64,000 bases of DNA from the NCBI GenBank assembly GCA_963837565.1, contig CAWIOC010000010.1, positions 6,005 to 70,004 of the forward strand, written 5' to 3'. The number at the start of each line of letters is the position of its first letter. The stretch's first letter is position 1. The notes beneath the pieces were generated by a model. That model searched no databases and was not told the DNA's origin. It saw only the letters and a program-made list of their open reading frames with translations. Of the stretch, positions 32,766 to 44,596 are shown one piece after another. Source of the DNA: an uncultured Pseudomonadota bacterium (GTDB lineage Bacteria; Pseudomonadota; Alphaproteobacteria; Rhodobacterales; Rhodobacteraceae). The translations under genes were made by a program, and so were the position numbers.

Positions 32766-34115
32766 ATGATCCGCGCCTCGCTGCACCTCCGGCTGTTCGC
32801 GGCGGGCGCCGCCTCGGTGCTGGCGGCCCTCGCATTGGCGGCCTTCGGCCTGTCGCTGCTGTTCAACGCCCATCTCGAACGCCGCGCCGTGGCCGATCTC
32901 GATGTGCAGCTCGATCAGGTGCTGGCCGGGCTCGACACCGACGCCGACAACCCGCTGATCCTTGCCACCCCGCCCGGCGATCCGCGCTTCAGCCGTCCGC
33001 TCAGCGGGCTTTACTGGCAGGTCGAAGCCAATGGCAAAACCCAGCGCTCGCGCTCGCTGTGGGATTACACGCTGCCTTTGCCGCCGGATCAGGCGATCAA
33101 CGGCACGCTTTACACCTTTGACCTGCCCGGCCCCGGCGGCGGCGCCGTGCTGGTCGTCGAACGCCTCGTCCGTCTGCCCGCCCGGCTTGGCCATCAGTTC
33201 GTCCGCGTCGCCGTCGCGATGGACCGTGCCGAGCTGACCGCCGAGGGCGCCTCCTTCGTCTCCGACATGGTGCCCTACCTCGGCCTGCTCGCCACCTTCC
33301 TGATCATCGCGGGCTGGGCCCAGATCGCCATCGGCCTGCGCCCGCTGGCCCATGTCGGGGCCCGCGTCGCCGCCGTCCGCTCCGGCCAGTCGACCCGGCT
33401 CGGCGCCGACTTTCCGACCGAGGTGCGCCCGCTCGCCGCCGAGGTCGACGCCCTGATCGAAGCCCGCGAACAGGATGTGCAGCGCGCCCGCGCCCGGGCC
33501 GGCGATCTCGCCCATGGCTTGAAAACGCCGCTTCAGGCGCTCTATGGCGAGGCCGGGCGGCTGCGTGACCAGAACGACCCGAACGCCGCCGAGGCGATCG
33601 AGACCATCGCCCGCGCCATGCACGCCCATGTCGACCGAGAGCTTGCCCGGACCCGCATCGCCGCCAGCGCGCCCGCCGCCACCTGCGATCTGGCCGCCGT
33701 GCTGGGCCGCGTCCTTTCCGTCGTGCGCCGCACCCCGGACGGCAGCCGCCTCGAGTGGACCAATGCGGTGCCGCCCGGCCTCGCCGCCCGGATCGACCCC
33801 GACGATCTGACCGAGGCGCTCGGCGCGCTGGTCGAAAACGCCGCCCGCCACGCCGCCAGCCGGGTCACGCTGACGGCCGCCCGGATCCCGGACGGGCTCA
33901 CGCTCTGCATCGCCGATGACGGGCCGGGGATCCCGGAAGACAGCATGACCGATCTTCTCGCGCGTGGCGCCCGGCTCGACACCTCCGGCGCGGGCTCCGG
34001 CCTCGGCCTCTCGATCGCGTCCGAGATCATCGACGCGGCGGGCGGACAGCTGGCGCTCAGCAATGCGAACCCCGGCCTCACCGCCCGCGTCACCCTGCCC
34101 GAAGCCGCCGCCTGA
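32766..34115 (+). CDS. Sensor histidine kinase (PhoQ/FeuQ-like)
   Basis: SGLYWQ, RSRSLWD, DLAHGLKTPL, ENAARH, GSGLGL. Confidence 0.92.
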   Translation: MIRASLHLRLFAAGAASVLAALALAAFGLSLLFNAHLERRAVADLDVQLDQVLAGLDTDADNPLILATPPGDPRFSRPLSGLYWQVEANGKTQRSRSLWDYTLPLPPDQAINGTLYTFDLPGPGGGAVLVVERLVRLPARLGHQFVRVAVAMDRAELTAEGASFVSDMVPYLGLLATFLIIAGWAQIAIGLRPLAHVGARVAAVRSGQSTRLGADFPTEVRPLAAEVDALIEAREQDVQRARARAGDLAHGLKTPLQALYGEAGRLRDQNDPNAAEAIETIARAMHAHVDRELARTRIAASAPAATCDLAAVLGRVLSVVRRTPDGSRLEWTNAVPPGLAARIDPDDLTEALGALVENAARHAASRVTLTAARIPDGLTLCIADDGPGIPEDSMTDLLARGARLDTSGAGSGLGLSIASEIIDAAGGQLALSNANPGLTARVTLPEAAA

Positions 34116-34662
34116 CCGGGCGCGAGCCCCCCCGCCGGCGCGGTTTTCTGCACCGGCATCCGTCCCGAAGTCGCGCCGCGTCTGCGCCCGAGTTCGCCAG
34201 ACGACCCGCCCCCACCGCCTCTCTGGGCCCGCCTTCCGTCATCACAATACCTCACCCCTGCGCGACCCGGCGCGAGGCGGCACCGCCCTGCCCGGACCGC
34301 GCGCAACAATCCGCCTAAATTCGAGGCGGTCCCGAAGCCGCACCGGCAAATTCTCGCCACCTGCCGTTTCAGGCGGCGCTGCCCGCTCCGCCCCGGGCCG
34401 CAAAGCCCGCCATACCGCCGCGACGCCTCGCTTTTCCGGCTTCGCAAACCGCCTTTGGAACAGGCAGCCAACTGGCTGAAACGGCACGATTTTGCGTCAA
34501 ACACCCGCGCGCACACGCGAAACGGGCAAAAACCCGCTATAGTCGTTGCAGCATCGCCGTTTTGTCATAGCTCTGTGCGTGGATTGCATGACGGATGTAT
34601 AGCGTAAGAGCGTAGAAAGTGATTTGTGGTGGCGAAATTAGTGGCAACGAATCATACCTTCA

Positions 34663-36285
34663 ATGAAAACGCATAGCTTGGCTCATTCTCCCTGCATGAC
34701 GCGCCGCCGCCTTGTCGCGGCGCTGCCGCTGACCGCGCTGTGCCTCGCCTCGACCGCGATCAGCTTCCCGGTCCGCGCGGATGAGGCGGCGCCGCAGCCC
34801 GCCCCCGCCACGCCGCCCGCTGCACCGCAGAAATTCTCCTTCGACATCCTGACCGAGGCGATGCGGTCCAAGGCGCAAAGCCCCTATGTCGTGCCGCCCA
34901 AGGTGTCGAGCTTTCTCGACAACCTGAAATACGACGATTACCAGCGCATCCAGTACAACCCCGACCGCGCCCGCTGGGATACGCCCGGCAGCTTCTTCCG
35001 GATCGACGCCTTCCACCTCGGCTGGCTCTTCGACACGCCGGTCGAGCTGAAGGAAGTGATCGATGGCATGGCCAGCGACATGACCTTCACCACCGATGAC
35101 TTCATCTATCACGGCGATCTGGCGGCCCGCGTGCCCAAGGCCACGCCGTTGCAGGGCGTCGCGGGCTTCCGGCTGCGCTTCCCGATCAACCGCGCCGATA
35201 TCTTCGACGAACTCGTGGCCTTCATCGGCGCCTCCTATTTCCGCGCGCTCGGCCGCGACAATACCTATGGCCTCTCGGCCCGCGGCGTTGCGATCAACAC
35301 CGGCGTCTCCGGCACCGAGGAATTCCCCCGCTTCTCGACCTTCTACCTCGAGCGCCCGGAACCCGGCGCGCAAACGGTCGTGCTGAACGCCGAGCTTGAC
35401 AGCCCGAGCGTCACCGGCGCCTACCGCTTCGTCATCACCCCGGGCAAGAACACCGTGATGCAGGTCACCGCGCGGCTCTTCTTCCGCGCCGCCGTGCAGC
35501 AGCTCGGCATCGCGCCGCTGACCTCGATGTTCCTCTATTCCGACAACAACCGCGCCGGCTACGATGATTACCGCCCGCAGGTGCATGACAGCGACGGCCT
35601 GCTGATCCGCCGCGCCGATGGCGACACCACCTGGCGCGCGCTCAACAACCCGCCCCGCCTCGGCAGCTCGATCTTCGCCGAAGCGACGCCGAAAACCTTC
35701 GGCCTGCACCAGCGCAACCGGCAATTCGCCGATTATCAGGATGCCGGCGCGCATTACGAAACCCGCCCCTCGATCGATGTCCAGCCAACCGGCGACTGGG
35801 GCGAAGGCGCCATCCGTCTGGTCGAAATCCCCTCGGAGATCGAGGTAAACGACAATATCGTGGCGTTCTGGGTCCCCGCGGCCCCGGTTCAGGCCGGGCA
35901 AGAGCTGGAATTCGCCTATAATCTTGTCTGGGGCAATCTTGATCCTGATGGACAGGGCGAACGGGCGTATATATATGACACACGCGCGGGTCACGGTGGA
36001 ATATCGGGCACTAAGCCGGACCCGAACACGCGTAAGTTCGTGATCGACTACAAGGGCGGGATACTGGCGCAAATGCCGGGCGATGCCGATGTTAAACCTG
36101 TCATTACCGTCGCCAACGGCAAGATCGTGCAACAGGCTCTGTCCAAGATCACAGGCACCGATATGTGGCGCCTTGTCATGGATGTGAACGCACCCGAAGG
36201 CGCCGTTGTGGAACTGACCGCCCATATCGCGGGTTACGGTCGGAAGCTGACTGAAATATGGCTCTATCAATGGATGAAGGACTGA
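34663..36285 (+). CDS. opgG: Periplasmic glucan biosynthesis protein G/D (Tat-like signal)
   Basis: TRRRLV signal; YDDYQRI, FIGASYFRALG, YGLSARG, EEFPRF, RPQVHDSDGL, EIWLYQW. Confidence 0.93.
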   Translation: MKTHSLAHSPCMTRRRLVAALPLTALCLASTAISFPVRADEAAPQPAPATPPAAPQKFSFDILTEAMRSKAQSPYVVPPKVSSFLDNLKYDDYQRIQYNPDRARWDTPGSFFRIDAFHLGWLFDTPVELKEVIDGMASDMTFTTDDFIYHGDLAARVPKATPLQGVAGFRLRFPINRADIFDELVAFIGASYFRALGRDNTYGLSARGVAINTGVSGTEEFPRFSTFYLERPEPGAQTVVLNAELDSPSVTGAYRFVITPGKNTVMQVTARLFFRAAVQQLGIAPLTSMFLYSDNNRAGYDDYRPQVHDSDGLLIRRADGDTTWRALNNPPRLGSSIFAEATPKTFGLHQRNRQFADYQDAGAHYETRPSIDVQPTGDWGEGAIRLVEIPSEIEVNDNIVAFWVPAAPVQAGQELEFAYNLVWGNLDPDGQGERAYIYDTRAGHGGISGTKPDPNTRKFVIDYKGGILAQMPGDADVKPVITVANGKIVQQALSKITGTDMWRLVMDVNAPEGAVVELTAHIAGYGRKLTEIWLYQWMKD

Positions 36286-36461
36286 TGCCCAAGGATCTCT
36301 CCACCTTTGACGACGCCGAGACGCTGGCCGATCGCATGGCCAAATTGCCGCATGCCCCTCTTGCCATGCCGCGTCAGGTGCTGGAACATCCGCAAGGCCT
36401 GCTGGCCTGGCTGCTGCCGCTCTGGGGCGGCTGGCTTCGTGCGCATGGGTTCGGGAACTGA
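36285..36461 (+). CDS. 58-aa protein between opgG and opgH (OpgI-like)
   Basis: TGATG coupling to opgG; PHAPLAMPRQ; position equals opgI of the R. sphaeroides opgGIH operon. Confidence 0.55.
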   Translation: MPKDLSTFDDAETLADRMAKLPHAPLAMPRQVLEHPQGLLAWLLPLWGGWLRAHGFGN

Positions 36462-38255
36462 TATTTGCCAACTGGACGGCAGACCGAGGCGGCCCTCTAC
36501 CGGCGCCGCTTCATCGCACTTGGCCTCAGCCTGACGCTGGCGGTCGGGGCTGGTCTGCTGTTCTTGCAATATGGCGCGGCCGACGGCCTCGACGTGATGG
36601 ATTTCGTGCGCAGCACGCTGATCTTCGGCTCGACCTTCTGGTTGTCCTGGGGCGCGGTGCAGGGCCTCTGGGGCCTCGCCTGGCGCCCGATCCACTACAA
36701 CACGGCCGACACGCCGATCACCGCGCGCACCGCGATCCTTGTCCCGGTCTATAACGAAGACCCGGTCACCACCTTCTCGCGCGTGGCGGCGATGGATGCC
36801 TCGATCGCCGCGCTCGGCCTGACCCGGCATTTCGACTTCGCCATCCTCTCGGACACGCGGAACGAGGAGGTGGCCCAGGCCGAGCGGCACTGGCTTGTCC
36901 ATCTGCTGCGCGACCGTCAGGCCGAGGGCCGGATCTTCTACCGCCGCCGGGTGGCGAACACCGGCAAGAAGGCCGGCAATATCGAGGATTTCATCACCCG
37001 CTCCGGCGCCGCCTATGACCTTTGCGCTGATCCTCGACGCCGACAGCCTGATGGAAGGCGCGACGATTGCCGAGATGACCCGCCGGATGCAGGCCGCGCC
37101 GCAGGTCGGCCTGTTGCAATCCCTGCCCAGGGTCGATCCGCGCCCGCTCGCGCTTCGGGCGCGCGCAGCAGTTCTCGGCCAGCTTCTTCTCGCCGATCTT
37201 CGCCCGCGGCCTCGCCCTGATGGCCGGGCGCACCGGCCCGTTCTGGGGCCATAACGCCATGGTCCGCGTCGCATGCCTTCGCCGCCTCCTGCGGCCTGCC
37301 GGCGCTCGCCGGCGCTCCGCCCTTCGGCGGCCATATCATGAGCCATGATTACGTCGAGGCCGCGCTCCTTGCCCGCGCCGGCTGGGTCGTCCGGCTCGAT
37401 CCCGATCTTGAGGGCTCCTTCGAGGAAGGCCCGGAAAACATCATCGACTTCGCCAAGCGCGACCGGCGCTGGTGCCAGGGCAACCTGCAACACGCCCGCC
37501 TGCTGCTCGCCCCCGGCCTGAAAGGCTGGAGCCGTTATGTCTTCCTGCAAGGCATCCTCAGCTATGTCGCGCCGATGCTCTGGATCCTCTTCATCGCGGC
37601 CTCGATCGCGGCACCGCTCTTCGTGCCGGCGCCGGATTACTTTCCCGAACCCTATCTGCTGTTCCCGGTCTTCCCCTCGGATCAGGCCTCCAAGGCGATC
37701 GGCCTTGCGGTGGGGGTGTTCGGCCTGCTGCTGCTGCCCAAGCTGATGATCGGCTTCGCGGCGGTGCTGAGCGGGCGCGCCCGCGCCTTCGGCGGCGCGC
37801 TGGCGGGGCTGGCCTCGACGCTCTGGGAACTGGTGCTGTCCTCGCTGGTGGCGCCGATCATGCTGCTGTTCACCACCCGCGCCGTCCTGCAGGTGCTGCT
37901 GCGCGCCGATGGCGGCTGGCCCCCCAACAACCGCGGCGACGGCACCCTGAGCCTGACCGAGGCCTGGGCCGCCTCGCGCTGGATCGTGGTGATGGGCTTC
38001 GCCTTCCTGCTCGCCGGCGAATGGCTGGCCCCCGGCCTGGTGCCCTGGCTCTTGCCGGTGGCGCTGCCGATGATCCTCGCCCCGGCGCTGATCTCCTGGA
38101 CCTCGCGCACCGGCTCGCACCGCCTGATGCGCACCGCCACCGAAAGCGTGACACCGCAGGTCGTGCAGGCGCATGACACGATCCTCGCCACCTGGCAGAA
38201 GATCGCGGAAGCCGAGGCCGCGGCCAACAAACCCGCCGCCCTCGCCCCGCTCTGA
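36445..38255 (+). CDS. opgH: Glucans biosynthesis glucosyltransferase, frameshifted
   Basis: PVYNED, LSDT, KAGNI.DF, LDADSLM, FWGHNA, SHDYVEA, RDRRWCQGNLQH. Confidence 0.93.
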
Positions 38256-38325
38256 TCCTAAGGAGGCGCCTTGCGGCGCCACCCCCCTCGCCTCGCCTGC
38301 GCCGCAGGGCGGCTCCGGCTCAGGT

Positions 38326-38417
38326 GCCTCCGGCGGGGATATTTCAGGGGCAGAAAATGCAGCTTCTTCTTGGCAAAAATACTCTCGGGGGGCTGCGGGG
38401 GGCAGACAGCCCCCCGC
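38326..38417. repeat. Dispersed repeat family A, copy 5 (both sub-types back to back)
   Basis: GCCTCCGGCGGGGATATTTCAGGGGCAGAAAATG-ca-GCTTCTTCTTGGCAAAAATACTC plus GCGGGGGGCAGACAGCCCCCCGC hairpin. Confidence 0.88.
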
Positions 38418-38435
38418 TTCGGAACGATCCGAGCC

Positions 38436-41400
38436 TCACTCCGCCGGAACCGACGACCGCCGCTTGCGGGTGAACAGCCCGCCCAGGAAGCCCGAGACCC
38501 GCTCCATCTGCACGAAGATCACCGGCGTGATGAACAGCGTCAGCGCCTGGCTAGACGATCAGCCCGCCGACCACCGCGATCGCCGAGCGGCTGGCGCAGT
38601 TCCGAACTGGCGCCAGAGCCGAGCGCGATCGGCAGCACGCCGAGCAGCGCGCAGAAGGTCGTCATCATGATCGGCCGGAACCGCCGCGCCGCCGCATCGC
38701 GGATCGCGTCGACCGGGTTCATGCCGTCCTCGCGTCGCAGCACCAGCGCCACGTCGATCATCATGATCGCGTTCTTCTTGACGATGCCGATCAGCATCAG
38801 CAGGCCGATCAGCGCGATGATCGACAGATCGAAGCCGAAGAGTCCGCAGCGCCAGCAGCGCGCCGAGCGCCGCCGACGGCAGGCCCGACAGGATCGTGAG
38901 CGGATGGATGAAGCTTTCGTAGAGCACGCCCGAGCACGACATAGATCGTCAGCACCGCCGCCAGGATCAGGAGCCCGGTATTGCCGCTCGCCTGCTGGAA
39001 CAGCTCCGCCGCGCCGGCATAGCTGGTCAGCACCGACGGGCGGCATGCCGATCTGCGCTTCAGCGCGGTCGATCCGCTCCGTCGCCGTGCCGAGCGAGAC
39101 GCCGGCCGGCAGGTTGAACGACAGCGTCACCGCCGTCAGCTGGCCGGTCTGGTTGACCGTGACCGGGCCGGATGTCCGCTCGACCCGCGCGAAAGCTGGC
39201 CAGCGGCACCAGCGTGCCGTCGCTTGCCGGCACGCGCAGCGCGGCCAGCGCGTTCTCGTCCCACTGGAAGGCGGGATCATATTCGAGGATCACGTCATAG
39301 CTCGATCCGGTGGTCTGGATCTGCGTCGCGACATAGGTGCCGAACCCGGCCTCCAGCGTCGTGCGCAGCGCCTGCGCGGTGATGCCCGAGACGGTTCGGC
39401 CGCATCGCGTGTCGACCACCACCGCGGCCTGCAGCGCGTCGTTCTGGTAATCGGAGGCGACATCGACGAAATGCGCCGGTATCCGCCCGCATCGCGTCGT
39501 CCAGCTTGCCGGCCCAGTCGCGCGCCAGGCTGGCATCGAGCGACTGCAGCACCAGCTGATACTGGCTCTGCGTGCGAGCGCCCGCCGAAGCGGAGGCTCT
39601 GCTGCGGCGTGATGAAGGCGCTGCAGCCCCGGCACCTGCGACAGCGAGCGGCGCAGCTCGGCCAGCGTCTGCTGCAGCGGCGGGCGGTCGGCCGATCCTT
39701 CGGCTCGAGCTGGACATCGAGCGTGCCGGAATTGTCGGATGTGTCGCGCAGGATCGAGGTGACATGCGCCACCGCCGGATTGTTCTGCACGACGAGGCCT
39801 GGCCTGCAGTCCTGCAAGCGCCTTCATCGCGTCGATAGGAAATATCCTGCCGCGCCTGGGTCGAGATCGATCAGCTGGCCGATATCCTCGGTCGGGAAGA
39901 AGCTGCGCTGGATACGGTCACGAAGCTATAGTAGCCGACGCGCCGCCGTCAGCACGAACAGCAGCCATGATCAGCCCCTGATGCTGCAGGCACCAGCCGA
40001 CCGCGGCGGTCATAGCCAGCGGTGATCCGGTCCGAGAGCCTGCGCCGTCTCGCCGGCCATGGCGATGCAGCGACCGGCAGCCGCGCCGCCAGCATCGGCG
40101 TCACCGTCAGCGAGACCACCGCCGAAGGCGAGGATCGCCAGCGTCACCACCACGCCGAACTCGTTGAGGATCCGCCCGACGACACCGCCCATCAGCAGGA
40201 TCGGCAGGAACACCGCGACCAGCGACAGCGACATCGACATGATCGTCCCGGTCACCTCGCGGCTGCCCTCGAGGGCGGCATGCATCGGCGGCTCGCCGTG
40301 CTCGGTGCGCCGCACGATGTTTTCCAGCATGACGATCGCATCATCGACCACCAGACCGACCGAGAGCGTCAGCCCGAGCAGCGAGATATTGTCGATCGAA
40401 TAGCCGAGCAAATACATCAGCCCGAACGTCGCGACCAGCGACAGCGGCACGGCGATGCCGGGGATCAGCGTGGCGATCAGCCGGCCGAGGAACAGATAGA
40501 TCACCAGCACGACCAGCCCGATGGTCAGCCCCAGCGTGCCCTGCACATCCGACGACCGCCGCCTTGATCGAGGCCGAGGCGTCGTTCATGATGTTGATAT
40601 GCACGCCCGCCGGCAGCGCCGCCTGCAATCTCGGGCAGCTTGGCGCGGATCGCATCGACCACCGCGACGGTATTGGCGTCGGGCTGGCGCTGCACGGCCA
40701 GCACGATCGCTGGGTTTGCCGTCGAGCCAGCTGCCCTGATAGATCGATCCGACGCTGTCGCGCACGTTGGCGACATCGCCGAGCCGCACCAGATTGCCGT
40801 TGGTTCTGCGCGATGACCAGCGTGCGGAACTGCGCCGCATCGGTGCGCTGCGTATCCGCCGTCGATCGTCATCAGCTGGCTCTGGTTCTGGATAGTGCCG
40901 ACCGGGGTCTGGTCATTGGCATTCGACAGCGCCTTGGCCAGCCCGGTCATCGACAGCCCGCGGCTGTCGAGCTTGCGCGGGTCGACGTCGATCCGCACCG
41001 CATAGGTCTGCGCGCCGTAGACCACCGCCTGGGCCACGCCGGGCAGCGTCGAGAGCGTCGGCGAGATCACGTTCTCGGCGATGTCATCGACCTGGGTCAG
41101 CGGCGGCCCGTCGCTGGTCAGCGCCATCAGCAGGATCGGCGACGACGGCCGGGTTCACCTTGCGATAGCTTGGTGTGCTGGTCATGTTGTTGGGCAACTG
41201 CCGCGACGGCGCGGCTGATCGCCGCCTGCACATCCGCCGCCGCGGCATCGATATCGCGCGACAGGTTGAACTGGATGGTGATCTGCGTCGAGCCGAGCTG
41301 CGAGGTCGCGCTGATCGTGTCGATCCCCTCGATCGTCTCGAACTGCTTGATCAGCGGCGTCGCGACCGAACTTGCCATCGTATCGGGCGAGGCCCCGGCC

Positions 41401-41556
41401 AGCTGGGCGCGAGACGCTGATCGTCGGCAGGTCGGCCTGCGGCAGCGCCGCCACCGGCAGGCTGCTGATAGCCCGCCCAGCCGGCCGATCACGATGCCCG
41501 ACCATCAACAGGATCGTCGCCACCGGTCGGCGGATGAAAATCGCCGAGATGCTCAT
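38436..41556 (-). CDS. RND efflux permease (MdtB/C-like), heavily frameshifted
   Basis: [44 protein letters not shown] in successive frames. Confidence 0.88.
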
Positions 41557-42863
41557 GATTTGGTGGCCACCGGGGCGACGGAGTCACTCGCCTCGGCCTG
41601 CCCCGGCTTGGCCGGCTTGCCCGGCGCGGGCGGCGCCGAGGCCCCGGCCTCGGCCTTGGTGATCACCTTGACCGGCGCGCCCTGCAACAGCGTCGCCTGA
41701 CCCTCGGTCACCACTTTCTCGCCCGCCGTCACACCCGCGCTCAGCCCGGCCAGATCACCCTGCCGCAGCGCCACCGTCACCTTGCGCAGCTCGACCGTAT
41801 TGTCGTCCTTCACCACGAACACCGTCGATCCGTCGCTATGCGGCGCCACCGCCACACTCGGCACCAGCACCAGCTCCGGCGTGGTGCCCGCATCGAGCGT
41901 CACGTTGATCGTCTGGCCCGGCCAGAGCGCGCCATCCTCATTGGCAAGGTTCGCCCGCAGCGTGATCGTGGCCGAGGCCGCGTCGACCGCGCTGTCGATG
42001 AATTCCACCGGCCCGCTGATCCCGGCAGCCCCCGTCTTGCCGCCCATCGATCCGGGCTGCAACACCGGCGTCACCGTGGCCTTCAGCACGCCCGCCGCCT
42101 GCGCCTGCCGCAGCAGCGCAAGATCGGTCTCGGCCAAACTGAACTGCGCCAGCACCGGCTTCATCTGGGTGATCTTCACCAGGGTGGTCCCGGGCGAGAC
42201 ATAGGCGCCCTGCGACAGCAGCACCGCACCGAGCCGCCCGTCGAAGGGCGCGCGCACCTCGGTCAGCGACAGCGCCACCTTGTCGGCGCCTTCGGCCGCC
42301 TGATCGACCGCCAGCGTGCCCTGCGCCACGCGCAGCGCGGTCTGCGCATCGTCGCTCGCCTGCACCGTGCCGGCACCGCGGTTCACCAGCGCCGCGGCGC
42401 GGTCATAGCTCATCTGCGCATCGATCACCGTGGCCCGATCCTTGCTGATCTGGGCGGCGTCCTTGGCCAGTGCCGCGCGGATCGTGCGGTCATCAAGCCG
42501 CGCCAGCAGGTCGCCCTTGGCCACCGTCGCGCCATCCTTGACCAGCACCGCCGCCACCGTGCCCGAGACCTCGCTCGACAGCGCGGTGACATTGACCGGC
42601 ACCACCGTGCCGATCGTCGTGCGCGTCACCGGCAGGCTGCCCGCCTTGGCCACCGCAACCGTCACCGCCGTCGGCCCGCTGCTGCTGCCACCGCGCCTGC
42701 CCGCCTTGGCCTCCGGCTTGCCCGCGCCCTCGGCCGCGGCGGACTGGGGTGCGGGCTCGACATAGGCCACGACCCAGGCCGGGGCATAGGGCATCAGCTT
42801 GGCCCGGAAGGCATAGCCCAGGGCCAGCACCCCGACGAGAAGCACAATTGCCAACTGCTTCAT
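41553..42863 (-). CDS. RND periplasmic adaptor (MdtA-like)
   Basis: VSGTV..V.V.DG..V.KGDLL, RAPFDGRLG, LWPGQ, VVTEGQ. Confidence 0.92.
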   Translation of the reverse strand: MKQLAIVLLVGVLALGYAFRAKLMPYAPAWVVAYVEPAPQSAAAEGAGKPEAKAGRRGGSSSGPTAVTVAVAKAGSLPVTRTTIGTVVPVNVTALSSEVSGTVAAVLVKDGATVAKGDLLARLDDRTIRAALAKDAAQISKDRATVIDAQMSYDRAAALVNRGAGTVQASDDAQTALRVAQGTLAVDQAAEGADKVALSLTEVRAPFDGRLGAVLLSQGAYVSPGTTLVKITQMKPVLAQFSLAETDLALLRQAQAAGVLKATVTPVLQPGSMGGKTGAAGISGPVEFIDSAVDAASATITLRANLANEDGALWPGQTINVTLDAGTTPELVLVPSVAVAPHSDGSTVFVVKDDNTVELRKVTVALRQGDLAGLSAGVTAGEKVVTEGQATLLQGAPVKVITKAEAGASAPPAPGKPAKPGQAEASDSVAPVATKS

Positions 42864-43142
42864 TCCCGAGACTCCCGGCTGCCTGAATATTGGGGAAAGA
42901 GCCTGCAAACGCACAGACGATACTTCAGCACTTCTCTAAGCGGATTTGCAAGATTGTCCATTTCCATACGGGGGCTCACGACAATGTGGTTGATCCCGGA
43001 TCACGCACCGGACCGGGATTATACGATGCCCCCTTTCCATTCCGTCGCGCGCATGGCACCTAATCGCCGAGGGACGCAGCCCTTTGGCGGCCCGCCCTCC
43101 CCCCTGAAAGCCAGCTGATAGCCAATCGAGCGGTAGCCCCAG

Positions 43143-44573
43143 ATGACCAGAGAGTCCGCCCGCACCCTGTTGCGCGCCCGCATCCTGCCGCTGATCGTCG
43201 CCACCGCGCTGTTCATGGAGAACCTCGACTCGACGGTGATCGCGACCTCGCTGCCCCGCATCGCGGCCGATCTCGGCACCAACCCGATCCATCTGAAACT
43301 GGCGCTGACCTCCTATCTGCTGGCGCTGGCGATCTTCATCCCGGCCTCGGGCTGGGCCGCCGACCGCTTCGGCGCGCGCAGCATCTTCCGTCTGGCGATC
43401 GTGGTCTTCGCGGCAGGCTCGATCGCCTGCGGCGCCTCGAGCAGCCTTGGCTGGCTGGTGGTCAGCCGGGTGGTGCAGGGCATCGGCGGCTCGATGATGG
43501 TGCCGGTCGGGCGGCTGATCGTGCTGCGCACCACGCCCAAGGCCGGGCTGGTCGCGGCGCTGGCCTGGCTGACCGTGCCGGCGCTGGTCGGCCCGGTCAT
43601 GGGCCCGCCACTCGGCGGCTTCATCACCACCTATTTCACCTGGCGCTGGATCTTCTGGATCAATATCCCGATCGCCGTGCTCGGCGTCGTGCTGGCCACG
43701 ATCTACATCCCGCGGATCAAGCCGGACACGGTGCGCGCCTTCGATACGCTGGGCTTCCTGCTGATCGGCCCCGGCCTCGCCGCCTTCCTGACCGGGCTGA
43801 CGATGGCGGGCCTCGGCCTGACCTCGAACGCGGCGATGATCGGCCTGACGCTCGGCGGCGCGGCGCTGGTCGCGCTCTATGTCGGCCATGCGCTGCGCGC
43901 GCCCGCGCCGCTGGTCGACCTGCGCCTGCTGCGCCTGCCGACCTTCCGCATCGCCGCCAGCGGCGGCACCATCTTCCGCATCGGCGGCGGCGCGACGCCC
44001 TTCCTGCTGCCGCTGCTGTTCCAGCTGGGCTTCGGCCTGACGCCGTTCCAGTCCGGCATGATGACCTTCGCCTCGGGCATCGGCGCGATCACCATGAAGT
44101 TCCTCGCCCAGCCGCTGCTGATGCGCTTCGGCTTCCGCCGCGTGCTGATCGTCAACGCGGTCCTGTCCTGCATCTTCGTCATGGCGCCAGCCGGTTTCAC
44201 CGTCACCACGCCCTATCTCGTGATGGTGGGCACGCTGTTTCTCGGCGGCGTCTGCCGCTCGCTGCAATTCACCTCGATCAACGCCATCGCCTATTCCGAC
44301 GTGCCGCCGGACCAGCTGAGCAGCGCCACCTCGTTCAACGCCGTGCTGCAACAGCTGTCGAGCTCGATCGGCATCACCATCGCCGCCTTCGGTCTGGAAA
44401 CCGTGCAGCAGATCACCGGCACGACCGTGATCAGCGCCGCCACCTTCCCGCCGGTCTTCATGCTGGTGGCCTTCGTCTCGCTCTGCTCGACCTTCTGGTG
44501 GACCCAGCTGACGCGGGACTCCGGCGGCGACCTTCTGGAACGCGCCCCGGTTCCAGCACCGACCCGCGGCTGA
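43143..44573 (+). CDS. DHA2 MFS transporter (MdtD/HsrA-like)
   Basis: FMENLDSTVIATSLP, SGWAADRFG, WRWIFWINIP. Confidence 0.92.
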   Translation: MTRESARTLLRARILPLIVATALFMENLDSTVIATSLPRIAADLGTNPIHLKLALTSYLLALAIFIPASGWAADRFGARSIFRLAIVVFAAGSIACGASSSLGWLVVSRVVQGIGGSMMVPVGRLIVLRTTPKAGLVAALAWLTVPALVGPVMGPPLGGFITTYFTWRWIFWINIPIAVLGVVLATIYIPRIKPDTVRAFDTLGFLLIGPGLAAFLTGLTMAGLGLTSNAAMIGLTLGGAALVALYVGHALRAPAPLVDLRLLRLPTFRIAASGGTIFRIGGGATPFLLPLLFQLGFGLTPFQSGMMTFASGIGAITMKFLAQPLLMRFGFRRVLIVNAVLSCIFVMAPAGFTVTTPYLVMVGTLFLGGVCRSLQFTSINAIAYSDVPPDQLSSATSFNAVLQQLSSSIGITIAAFGLETVQQITGTTVISAATFPPVFMLVAFVSLCSTFWWTQLTRDSGGDLLERAPVPAPTRG

Positions 44574-44596
44574 GCCGTCACCTCCCGCCTCGCGCA

